From: Squalus acanthias
Taxonomy: Eukaryota
Length of the DNA stretch: 64,000 bases
Direction of reading: 5' to 3'
Assembly (NCBI GenBank): GCA_030390025.1
Contig: CM059425.1
Span: 171,866,001-171,930,000, forward strand
Made by a program: the position numbers and the translations under genes. Below are positions 53,770 through 64,000 of this stretch, piece after piece (the stretch's first letter is position 1; each line of letters opens with the position of its first letter). The notes beneath the pieces were generated by a model. The model searched no databases, had not been told where the DNA came from, and saw only the letters and a list, made by a program, of their open reading frames with translations.

Positions 53770-54495
53770 GGCCCTTATTTTCTGATCGGAGGCTTCCTGT
53801 GTGCGGATGTCTCCGATCTGGAAAAAATCTACGCCTTACCGGAGGGCTCTGCAGGTCCGGACATTTCCGCTCCTGAGCCTCTCCTGGTGCGCGCGCACAG
53901 AAGCCCAGCTATCCCAGGGGCGCAGGCAGTTCGCAAGCGTCCCTGGGATCATGTGGGCCATGGGGAACCAATGGAAGAAGGGAATCCCCCTGCACACTTT
54001 TGACTGGTGTCTCAGCTTAGACCTGTCAAAAGTATGAATGCGAATCACTCAAAAAACACAAACATTAAATAAATTTTTTAAAATCACGTTTTTAAAATTA
54101 CATTAAATTTAATATTTTAAACAAAAAATGTAATTTTTTGAAAAAAATTAAAGTTTAAGGGGCTAAAAATAAGCTTACCTTTTTTAAAAAGTAGTTTTAA
54201 ATTATAAATGAGTGGGAAAAAATTTTTTTTTTTTTTTTTTTTTACAAAGCAGGCCTTACCAGGCGTAAAATTTTTAAAGGTTTTCAGCGGGCGGTGGTTG
54301 TGCAGAAAGCGGAACTCCCTGCCCGGAGAGGCCCTTCTCCCGGGCAGGCGGAGGATCTGTCAAGAGGATTCTTGACAGATCGGAAGTGCCGGTTCTCAGT
54401 GCATGTGCTTCACATGCCTGAAACCCGCACTTGCGAGGCGCCTACAGGTGTGTGCACAGCTCGTACACACCCGTGGGGGTCGGAAAATACAGGCC
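53770..54495. mobile_element. Harbinger/Tourist-like MITE, second family
   Basis: TIRs ggcccttattttctgatc / ggtcggaaaatacaggcc; 3-bp flanks atc / att; GC-rich arms around an AT-rich core. Confidence 0.75.
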
Positions 54496-55199
54496 ATTGC
54501 CTCCGCTCTAAAAGCAACTGCACACCAGTGTAATATTTAAGATTTTTGCTCTTTTTGCGTGTTCAGACACTGCTGCAACTTAACATTTATTCTCGTGTTC
54601 GTCCTTCGTATTCAGAAAATTGAACTAAAAGTGCTATTCTCCAGTCATTTAATTCTCACTAATTTAACAGCCACTACCACCCAGTGGCGCAAATTGCTGG
54701 TGTGCATTACCAAATGTCGTCATCAAGTCATAAAACAAGTGTGTACTTCTCATTTTCCACCTGTTGATATCCTAATCTTATTTGGGCAGTGGATGAGAGA
54801 TAGGAGGTGCTAAGCTGAGTCAAGTGCTACTTACTGAAGGGGAGGGGAGAAGAAATGGAGAATGAGATACACCTGGCAGAAATCTGGGATCAGTTTGTCC
54901 TTGTGATCTCACATATAAATGATCACCTAAAAGGAAAGAAAACTAACTTCAAAAGCTGGAAACACATGCACTAAGAGAATATGCAACTCAAGGAGAGAAT
55001 CCCACAATAAAGAATTTTCTTTTGTGTGTGATGTTTTGCAGACAATACTTAATATACACAACCGACGTGAATAAATTCAAAACCTAAACTGAACACTTGG
55101 TATATCGTCCTCTTAACTAATGTACCACATAGGAAAAAAAATGCCCTTTTTTCCCTGAATAAATACAAATAATGCCTTTTTTAACATTTTAACCCCCCT

Positions 55200-55545
55200 C
55201 TCCTCTCTCAAAGGCATTGACTCCTAGCTGGAGTACGGTTCCACTGGCACGGATCACCCTCTGGTACATAAGCAAAGTGGTTATTGTTCATGTATTTTCC
55301 TTGATAGCGAGTGTCTGCAGGCGATATGACTGCAGGGCTCATCACAGCTGAGCCCATTCTTATCCAGCATCTCTGGACAGCAATCGGGAGTAGGAACCCT
55401 GAAGAATTTCCTGCCCTGCATTTGTAACGCCTAAAACACCTCCGAACCTGAAGTCTGTTAACTCTGCACAGGCCAGGAGCCTTCCTGGTCTGCATATAAA
55501 AGGTACTCATACAATAAGCTCACTAGCCCGTAAGGGAAGCTGCCG
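55200..55545 (-). mobile_element. SINE-like repeat (related to 7000-7295)
   Basis: Shared internal blocks; ends in cctctcctctc on the plus strand. Confidence 0.55.
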
Positions 55546-56001
55546 TTAAAGTTTTTAACCCAAATACATTATTACGGATAGAAACTTCTGAACCATATTA
55601 ATAAGACATTTCATAATTCGAGTATAATTCATCAAACAACTCAACCGAATCCTCTGAAACAACACAAGATGGCAGCACCACTACTGCTGGAAAAGAAACA
55701 TCCCATTCATCATTGAACATTTTTATTTAAAAAAACCTCATCTAAAGATGGCTTACATTTAAAAATAAGTAGGGTCTGATTAAGTGTTTTCATTGCCAGA
55801 ACTGATGTCTGATGAATTTGTCTGGCTTTGTTCCCCAAATTAACAACATGCAAACACATTCCTCTTGCTCATTTTTAAATAGAGTTGGGGAGTTGAAGAG
55901 GTAAAAACAAAAATTACAGACATATACTTCTAATTTTCATTTTTTTTTCTGAATCTGGGTCAAAAATGAGATGAAATCACTTGTGACCAAAAATATTTTA
56001 C

Positions 56002-56234
56002 CTTGGATCAAAATATAGCATAATGCTGTGATCAGAAAACTTCAGCTTTAAAGCAGCAAAAACATTTTTTAAAGGAACAAACAAAATACTTGACAGAATG
56101 TTTACAACTGCCTTCACAAACTGAAATGCCAAAAGGAATCGGCATTCATCATGAACGGCATCAGTGCCTCCTCCATGCTGAATCTTTGTCCAGTCGTCTC
56201 CACGCGAGACAGGCAACTGAAGATGTTGCATCGA
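56002..56234 (-). CDS. Candidate 233-nt alternative exon (phase 0 to 2, or terminal)
   Basis: cttttctctgcaccaacag|TCG ATG CAA ... CCA AG|gtaaaa; open throughout in phase 0 (ORF 55998..56231). Confidence 0.3.
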
Positions 56235-58528
56235 CTGTTGGTGCAGAGAAAAGGTGAAGTGTTCCCCGTGCCAAACAAGGAAAGTAGTTATATGTGTGAC
56301 ACCGGAATTGCAATAATAGTGGTACTTCTGGGTTTAAAATCAAGTTTAACCCTAATTTTAGAATTCATTTTTTGTGGGCAATTATCAGAATTAAATCAAG
56401 TTGAACCCTAAAATCAGAAGGCTTAACAATGCAGTGGTACTTTGCTAGAATTTACCCAAGATTAAAAAACATCTTACTCAAAATACTGCTATTTACTGGA
56501 TTTTCCTTCAATCTGATGAATTATCACAATTTAAATGAGCCATCACTATACAAGTACACAAGTATACAGAGGTTCCAGCCTCCAGTTTATGATTGAAGTG
56601 CAGCATTAAGTTAATGTATCAAAATCTGGTCATATCTGGTGTGCTGATGGAATCAGTTGTTTTAAACACCTACCAGCAGTTCAAGGAGAAGGCCGACCAC
56701 CACCTTTTCAGGACAACTCGGGATGGGCATTAAATGCCGGCTTTACCAGCAACACCCAAGAATTAATTTTATAAAAAGATTGTTGATCCTTTTTCAACTC
56801 AGTGGGATGATGTTTGGCCAATGAATTAAAGTAGTATTTATTGAGAAGAGGTAACTGATTTTGTTCAGGAACGACAAATCCTCAGGTGTACAAAAAGACT
56901 TAATCAGGTTCAGATGTTCCAGAATAAAGCATTTTTTACTTGTGCAAGCAATTGTTCACAAACAGATGTTGGAGTGACCGTACCTTCACCATATATTCCT
57001 TCTACTTCTACAGCGGAACGATTAAAAATTGATTTTGCCATAAATGTCACACACATAATAATACAAAAAATAGAAAGTGTGATATGACTATTTATTTTCC
57101 TTGAAAGAAGGACCTACATAACTCACTTGTGAAGTAAAAATCAATATCACACTCCCGATTATCTATTATTCTTCATGTTCCTGACAGGCATCAGTATAAT
57201 ATTCAGGTTTCCCCCACACACGAGAAAGACTGCTATCACCTCCAAGTGACTTTGTTCTGAACACCTTATTACTATTATTTCCACCCGCGCCACACCAGGT
57301 TTTCCTCACAGCTATGTAAATTGAAGCAGTCAGTGCCATCCTTCATAAATACTATATAATGCCACCATAATTTCTATTAAAAAATGTACAGCGTAAACAA
57401 TATAGTGTTCATCCAACCTGTATAACATTTCAGATTATTTACTGTCTGCAAACGGAAATTTAAATTGCAGAATAAGACTGATAATTCGTTACCGAGCAGT
57501 TAGCCTCCTAATTATCAAAAGATCCATTAAGCAATGGCAAAAAGTCAGTCATTATAAAATCTGAAAGTAAATAAACAGCTTGAGGATACATTTCTGATGA
57601 TAAAATTGAGATTCTATTTCCTGTTCTGACTGCAATAAGACCACCCTTAAGTTTAAAGATTTGTACAATGCCCAAATTATTTCTCCGTTTGTATGTGACC
57701 CCGAGAAAGCTGCTAGTCTCGAAATTATGCGCCATCAAGTTAAAGCTCCTGGACCTGACCCCTTCATAATGCAATAGTCTGTGCAACTCCACACACAGAC
57801 TTCTAGCAAATTAAGCAGTAAAGAAGCAGATCAGTGTTTTAGATGTGAAGGCGATGTAAAAACTAAACAATAAGCAACTGATCTGACCAAGTGATTTTTT
57901 AAATGTTTGGTTCACAGCAAAGTAAGTTTTTCAGAAGAACATCTTTAAAAAAGTTCTGAGAAAAGCCCTACTTCACAAGTTTGACAGAAATTATTTAATG
58001 GGTCTATGGACAACACATCCAATGCCTAGAGGCAGGCACGTCTCATTCAAGCTGGCACAAGTTTTCATCTCACTTAGAAAATTCAACCTGTGAAATATGA
58101 CATTACTTCATGTTGTTACTTTTAAATCAAATGGAGCACTAAATGGTCATCTGTTATCTCATCAAACAGCTAATTATTGATTAACTATCAATGGATGTGA
58201 ACTGTAAGCAGAGATAAATATATGTGTATGTACAGCCCGTTATACAAAGCCCTTTTTGATTAAATAAATCAGAAACTTTGACCTCTCAAATAATATCTTG
58301 TTGCTAAAACTAGAACTCCAGTTTTGCGTAGGTTGCACATGAATAAAATCCGTGTCATGACCACAATCATTGTTACCCAAGAAAACAAAAATTACTTTTT
58401 AAACAAAAATACTGTATCAAAGTATTGATCATCAGTTAAAGTACTAGATTTGAAAGCAATTCTCCAGAATAAATTTGATAGCTGAAGTGTTGATATTGTA
58501 CTCAGCCTATCTTTAAATTTTAACATAC

Positions 58529-58660
58529 CAGTTTGTTTTCTTGCATGTAAATTCTCTGCAGCCTCGGGCAGCCCTGCGCCAATGCCACCATGCCTTCATC
58601 TGTGATCTTGTAACACTGACCAAAATGGATATCCAAGACATCTGGACATTTCTCTCCCAG
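58529..58660 (-). CDS. FBXL17: Internal coding exon of F-box/LRR-repeat protein 17 (LRR region; corresponds to the 132-bp exon of the human gene)
   Basis: Minus strand ttttttgttttgcag|CTG GGA GAG ... AAC AAA CTG|gtatgt; 132 bp, phase 0/0. Translates LGEKCPDVLDIHFGQCYKITDEGMVALAQGCPRLQRIYMQENKL, which I recognise as the FBXL17 segment LGSKCRELKDIHFGQCYKISDEGMIVIAKGCLKLQRIYMQENKL. Too short to appear in the ORF track. Confidence 0.95.
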
Positions 58661-58779
58661 CTGCAAAACAAAAAAAGTGTATGAGAATAGTTTTTCTAAG
58701 ATTAGAGAAATTTAGAACACGTAACACTTATGGACACTACTCTTCTCTGTACCTCACACTCTCCAATATTATCCCTAAC

Positions 58780-58970
58780 CTTGTCCGCCTCTGTACCTCC
58801 TAACTCACTCTCCTCTAAGACTCGACTCAAAACTCATCTCTGACCAACTTTTGGTTACCCTCCCTTTTTGGCGCAGCACCCATTTCTGTCTGATCACAGC
58901 ACTGTCAAGCCTCTTGGGATGTTTCTTCTACATTAAAAAGGTATTATATAAATGCAAGTTGTTGTTGTTG
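58780..58970 (+). mobile_element. L2 3' tail
   Basis: cttgggatgtttcttctacattaaa...tatataaatgcaagttgttgttgttg. Confidence 0.7.
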
Positions 58971-59411
58971 AAAAGGTATTAACTTGCATTTTACATTTTA
59001 TTTTAAATGCACATAATAAAGCTTTTACCGTTAAAAAAAAATTACAAATCAAACAGCATTGTTACAGCCTTAAAAATTACATAATAAGCACCGGCCAATT
59101 TGGTATTTTTTGCTTGAATCATAACTTCCATCACTGGACATGCCTAATTTTATGGAGTTTTACATGGGTAATACAAGAACGATCTCCGAACTGCCCAAAT
59201 GACAATACATGTGCCTGGCCTGTCTGTTCTTGCTAACAAACAGCTCATACCTCTTTATTACATTAAGTATTCGTGTCTTTCTGTTTCTTTCATTTTATGA
59301 CAACTTTATCAATCAATTTTAATGGTAACCAGAACACATTAACTATAGGGGAAACATTTATCGGTGTCATTTTATAAGGTATTAGATCACACAATTTCCC
59401 TTTCAGCATAA

Positions 59412-59570
59412 GACAAAAAATAAAATACTGCTGATGCTGGAACCTGAAACAAAAAAAATGCTGCAAACACTCTGGTCAGGAAGCATCTGTAGAAAAAGGA
59501 AAAACTTTATTCCTTTCTCCATGATGCTGCCTGGTCTGCTTCATATGTCCAGCATTTTTCTGAATGTTTA
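59412..59570. mobile_element. Penelope-tail-derived palindromic element with 13-bp TSD
   Basis: Head-to-head pLTR tail fragments flanked by cctttcagcataa at 59399-59411 and 59571-59583. Confidence 0.65.
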
Positions 59571-60772
59571 CCTTTCAGCATAAATTTCATTTGTGCTCTT
59601 CTGGCTGCCATAAAACCATGGAATTTAGCTCGATCACCACCACATGAAACTTACTAACCCAGAGACACAAAAATCAGAGCAAGCTCTGGAACAGTCTTAA
59701 ATAGCTTACTTTTAGGACAACAGACGTCACAGACTAAGTTGGATCTGATTTAAGTATGCACGAAAAATAGATACAAACGCCAATTAGGCAAAGCTGACCA
59801 AACAAATTGTTTGTTTTTTCTAATTGTCTTTTATGAATCTGGATACGAGTGAACGCTCCAATTTCCTGCTGTCAGCATGTATTGTATTGTAACAAATCTC
59901 ATGTGAGCCCTCAATAAAAAAAAGCAATCAAGATTGACGAAAAGCAATCCCAGAGGATTGTATTTATTAACCTGGAAACAATGGACATATCATTTCCACA
60001 ACACATTGTAAACTTTTAGACAGGATACTTCCCTCAACGCCAAGAAGGTATCCAAAACTGAAGAAAGAAATCCCTGCTTAGGTTGGCCCTCTGGAGAACC
60101 AAATGGAGGTGCTCAATGGTAAAGTGAAGCTAAGTGGAAATCTGAATGGAAACTGAAAATTTACAAAATTAACTATTACAAAGACATCATAACAAGTAAC
60201 TAGAGACATGAAAATTATGTGAAAAAGACCCATAAAGCAGAAAAAAGAAACTTCTCTCTTGCTCTCAGCTGCAGATCATATTTTTATCAGAACACCAACA
60301 GCAACTTGCATTTATATAGTGCCTTAAACGTAGGTAAACGACCCAAGGCACTCCACTGGAGCATCATCAAACAAAATTGACACCGAGCCACATAAAAGGA
60401 GAAGACTTTTCCAGAGCTTCTGATACATACAGTGAGCTGAAGAATGACAATAAGACAATTGTACTGTGCCAGACTTTTCAAGGGATACCATCCCAAAACT
60501 ATTTCTCTTCTAGACGATTGGCATTGTTTGTGTAATGGCTAAATTAATGAGATCTGAAATATTGAAGTTATATGAACCAGTTTCACTCAATGACTCAGAA
60601 AGTTAGTAGCAAATTCCCACGTGTTAATGCTTTCAAGGAGATCAACTAGCTGGACTTTCTCAGTTTGTCGAACAAAGGTTGACCGACTACCCCCGTGAGT
60701 ACCAATTGGTCAGTTAAATGCAGCAAAAGTGGCAGTACTGCTATTATATAAAGATAGATAGATATAGATATA

Positions 60773-61140
60773 CAGGAAACTTTTGTTTATCCGGCACCCA
60801 AATATCCGGAATTCTCGCTTAACCGGCAAAAATCATCCTCCGAAAACTCCTCTCAAATAACCGGCAATGTTGCCAAGTCGCAGTCGAGTACTCCGAAAAC
60901 TCCTCTCAAATAACCGGAAATGTTGCCGATCCCGAGTCAGAGTACGCCGACTTAGTCAGTAGGGGTAGTTTTCAAAAGTGCCACTACTCGGCCTCCTGGC
61001 GCTGTCGGAAGTATACGGCACATTTCTTGATTTATTTATTTTTCTTTGTTAAAAATAGCCTCGGTAGATATAACTCTCCGTTATCCGGTACTTTCGATAA
61101 ACCGGCACCACGCCGGTCCCGGTTAATAAAGAGTTTCCTA
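60773..61140. mobile_element. pogo/Tigger-like (Tc1/mariner) MITE
   Basis: TA|caggaaacttttgtttatccgg ... ccggttaataaagagtttccta|(TA)n; internal direct repeat ctccgaaaactcctctcaaataaccgg twice. Confidence 0.72.
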
Positions 61141-61661
61141 TTATATATATATATATATATATATAAGGCATTAGAAAGAAAATACACAGTACAGGTCCCA
61201 TCACCCAATTTTCCAGAGACAGGCCATCATGTCAACTACCTCTACAGTTTGTAAATACTGTACTCGAGTTCACTTGCAAAAGTCATAAAAGTTTTCCAAG
61301 GGCATATGTATATCCCAAAAGAAAAATAAATTAATTCCAAGTTTATCTTTTCACGAGTCAGTGGTGCACCTAGTAGAGGATCACAGCCACGAGGTTTCAT
61401 TTTCAAGGAATGTCGTAGCATAGTGGTTATGGTAATAGACTAGCAACCAGGAGGTTGACAGTTCATAGCCCTACCATGGCAAGTTGTGAAATTGAATTCA
61501 AGGGCCGCGATTTCCCCTACCTCGGTGGGTCCGGTGCGGCCGGGGTCAGTGGCGGGTTGCGACCACTGTCCAAAGTGATTTTACGTTGATTGGGCTTGTT
61601 AAGTCCGCCCAGCGCATTTGCCGGCCAATTGAAGGAAGCGGGTCTGATGACGTCACTTGAT

Positions 61662-61966
61662 GTTTCCTCCCACAGTCCAAAAATGTGTGGGTTAGGTTGA
61701 TTTGGCTATGATAAATTGACCCTTAGTGTTAGGGGGGATTAAATATGTGGGGTTATGGGGATAGGATGGGATATGTTAGGGGGAATTAAATACGTGGGGT
61801 TACGGGGGTAGGGTGGGATATGTGTACTGTGGGGATTAAAGCAGGGACGGGGTACTGGATTTGGATGATCAGCCATGATCGTATTGAATGGCGGAGCAGG
61901 CTCGACGGGCCGAATGGCCTACTCCTGCTCCTAGATTCTATGTTTCTATGTTTCTATGTTTCTATG
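61662..61966 (+). mobile_element. V-SINE (HE1-like) 3' part with CR1-type tail
   Basis: V-domain gtttcctcccacagtccaaa...gttaggttgatt followed by CR1 tail and (tttctatg)n. Confidence 0.8.
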
Positions 61967-63187
61967 ACGTGTCATCAGCCGGTTTCCTTAAAGGGACCAT
62001 GCGCAAATTGATTTTGACAGTTGTGCCGTCAGTGTTCTACAGCATTGAGGTGCAGCAAACACGGACAAGCACTGGGAGGTTCTCATCCCTTCACATGGAC
62101 GAAAGAGACTCCTCCAGGCAATCAACGCAGCCTGGTTGCACAGGAGGACACAACCAGGACCAGGCTGTAGTGGCGCAAACGTTTCAATGATCTCAGTACA
62201 TCACGAAACGTGACTGCAAAGCCACACTCAGCCTCATCCTGCTGTGCCACTCATCACATCCCCATCACTCTGCCTTCCCTACCCTGCACATCTTTACTCA
62301 CACCAACTTACTTTGCATCTCCACCCATCTCTCTCGATCTACATTATCACTTCCCCATCTCAAAAGCCACCCCTCACACTCACCCTAGTCCAATCATACC
62401 AACTAACAACACACAAGGAGAGGCACTTGGGTGGTTTATCCAATGCTCATGTGAAGTTTCTGTTAATGTGCGGTCAAACACTGAAATCTTTATTTTCAAC
62501 ACTTTGCGTTCTTGGACAGATCTGTGTGCACCTCTGGAAGTGGCTTAGTGAGTTGCAGTGAGTGGTGAGACATAACAGTACCCCCGCAATGGTGATGATT
62601 GTGAAAGGAATGGCTTGGGCATTGTAGGGATGCTTTATGGTGTTGGTGTGGGGTGGTGCCAACCTGGCATATCATGTGGCAGCCAGGGTGTACAGCATCA
62701 AGTGAAGTAAATCTGGCTATGGTGAGGCCATCCCTGGCCTCCCGGCCAGCAATGTGCTCGGCTGCTGATGCCTTGTGTCCTGTGCAGCATCAGTTGATTG
62801 CGGAGAAGGTTGGTGGTGTTGTTGGTGCTGATCGTGGTGGGATTGTGAGGACAAAGGCGAGATAGTTTCAAGGGCACTGATACTGATGGAATAGATGGCA
62901 GGTGAAGTTGAGATGACAGAAGCGATCAGTTAATGGTGAGAGAGGTTGTTCCAATGAGGTGACACTGGATAGAGAATTTACTCCAAACACTTGCAACCTG
63001 CATAAAGCTCAATCTGTCTTCCAAATGCAGTAAGCAACAGCTTTTGACCTTGGAAAGTGAACAGCTAGGAGATGGGAGCTTTTATCGCATATTTGTAGCT
63101 GTCAAGTAAAGAGATGATTTCATAGTGACAACTCCCGACCTGCTGAGCTGATGTGATCCCCTAGCAGCATGGAACCCGTGGGCGACC

Positions 63188-63726
63188 TCATAAACATAGA
63201 AACATAGAAGATAGGAGCAGGAGTAGGCCATTCGGCCCCTCGAGCCTGCTCCGCCATTCGATGAGATCATGGCTGATCATCCAAACTCAGTGCCCTGTAC
63301 CTGCCTTCTCCCCATATCCCTTGATACCTTTAGCTTTAAGAAATATATCTAACTCATTCTTGAATATATTTAATGACTTGGCCTCAACTACCTTCTGTGG
63401 TAAAGAATTCCACAGGTTCACCACTCTCTGGGTGAAGAAATTCTTCCTCATCTCTGTCCTAAATGGCTTACCCCTTATCCTTAGATTATGACCCCTGGTT
63501 CTGGACTCTCCGACCATCGGGAACATTCTTCCTGCATCTAGCTTGTCCAGACCTGTCAGAATTTTATATGTTTCGATGAGATCCCCTCTCATTCTTCTAT
63601 ACTCCAGCGAGTATAAGCCCAATCGACCCAATCTCTCCTCATAGGTCATTCCTGCCATCCCAGGTATCAGCCTTGTGAATCTTCGCTGAACTCCTTCCAT
63701 GGCAAGAACATCCTTCCTCAGATAAG
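63188..63726 (-). mobile_element. CR1 LINE 3' end nested in the Harbinger
   Basis: ORF 63287..63700 EGVQRRFTRLIPGM...FFTQRVVNLWNSLP; (catagaaa)n tail. Confidence 0.93.
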
Positions 63727-64000
63727 ATAAAATTTAAAGGTGAGCTCAAAATAGTTTTTAAGTGGCTATTAACAAACTCTTAATCACCTAAAATGCTTCT
63801 CCCGCTGCTTGGTGTCGGGTCTGTTCAGCGATGACAGAACCGACATCTGGCAAACTAGCGTGGAGGCGGATTGACAGTGGGTTCCCTACCCGCTGTCAAA
63901 AAGTGTTTTCCCCACCCAACCCGTAACCAAATGTGCTGAAAAATTCCCCCCAATAAATCTGATAATTGTGGTGAAGCACATGAAAAATAACCTTGAAAGC

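Larger units (their letters stand above)
1..58528 (-). other. FBXL17: Large FBXL17 intron downstream of the 132-bp exon (continues beyond the window start)
   Basis: GT donor at 58528. The next canonical exon (VTDQSVKAFAEHCPELQYVGFMGC-like) was not found by eye in the window. Confidence 0.75.
61502..63950. mobile_element. Internally deleted Harbinger element with nested retroelements
   Basis: CAA TSD at 61499-61501 and 63951-63953. Myb motif WRKRFNDLS on + at 62171-62197. Transposase-end-like AGREARDGLTIARF on - near 62705-62750. Confidence 0.72.

Noticed and set aside
60838..60928. CRISPR-like repeat-spacer
   Set aside because: Only two units, inside a eukaryotic MITE, with no cas genes.
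58661..64000. Upstream FBXL17 exon (…HVGNQDKLTDEGLKQ)
   Set aside because: Searched by eye and not found; it probably lies beyond the window end.

Overview
Vertebrate nuclear DNA, most likely a shark (inferred from the Deu-domain SINE, V-SINE/HE1-type SINE, CR1, L2, Penelope and Harbinger repeat mix). Only one known coding exon is securely identified: a 132-bp minus-strand FBXL17 exon at 58529-58660 (LGEKCPDVLDIHFGQCYKITDEGMVALAQGCPRLQRIYMQENKL, phase 0/0). I found neither the next nor the previous canonical exon, so the rest of the window is intronic, with more than 58 kb of intron downstream of the exon. Much of it is decayed and often nested transposons: CR1 and L2 LINEs, a Penelope element, tRNA-derived SINEs, two Harbinger remnants with convergent transposase and Myb/SANT genes, and several MITEs. 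The most interesting signal is a series of same-strand candidate alternative terminal or cassette exons in unique-sequence islands that would read in frame from this exon. The best is 25707-25973, a novel tail ending -QYSV followed by about 4 kb of UTR-like DNA containing a 57-bp long-range inverted repeat. These exons are predictions from splice signals and reading phase only. Repeat boundaries are approximate unless a TSD is quoted.
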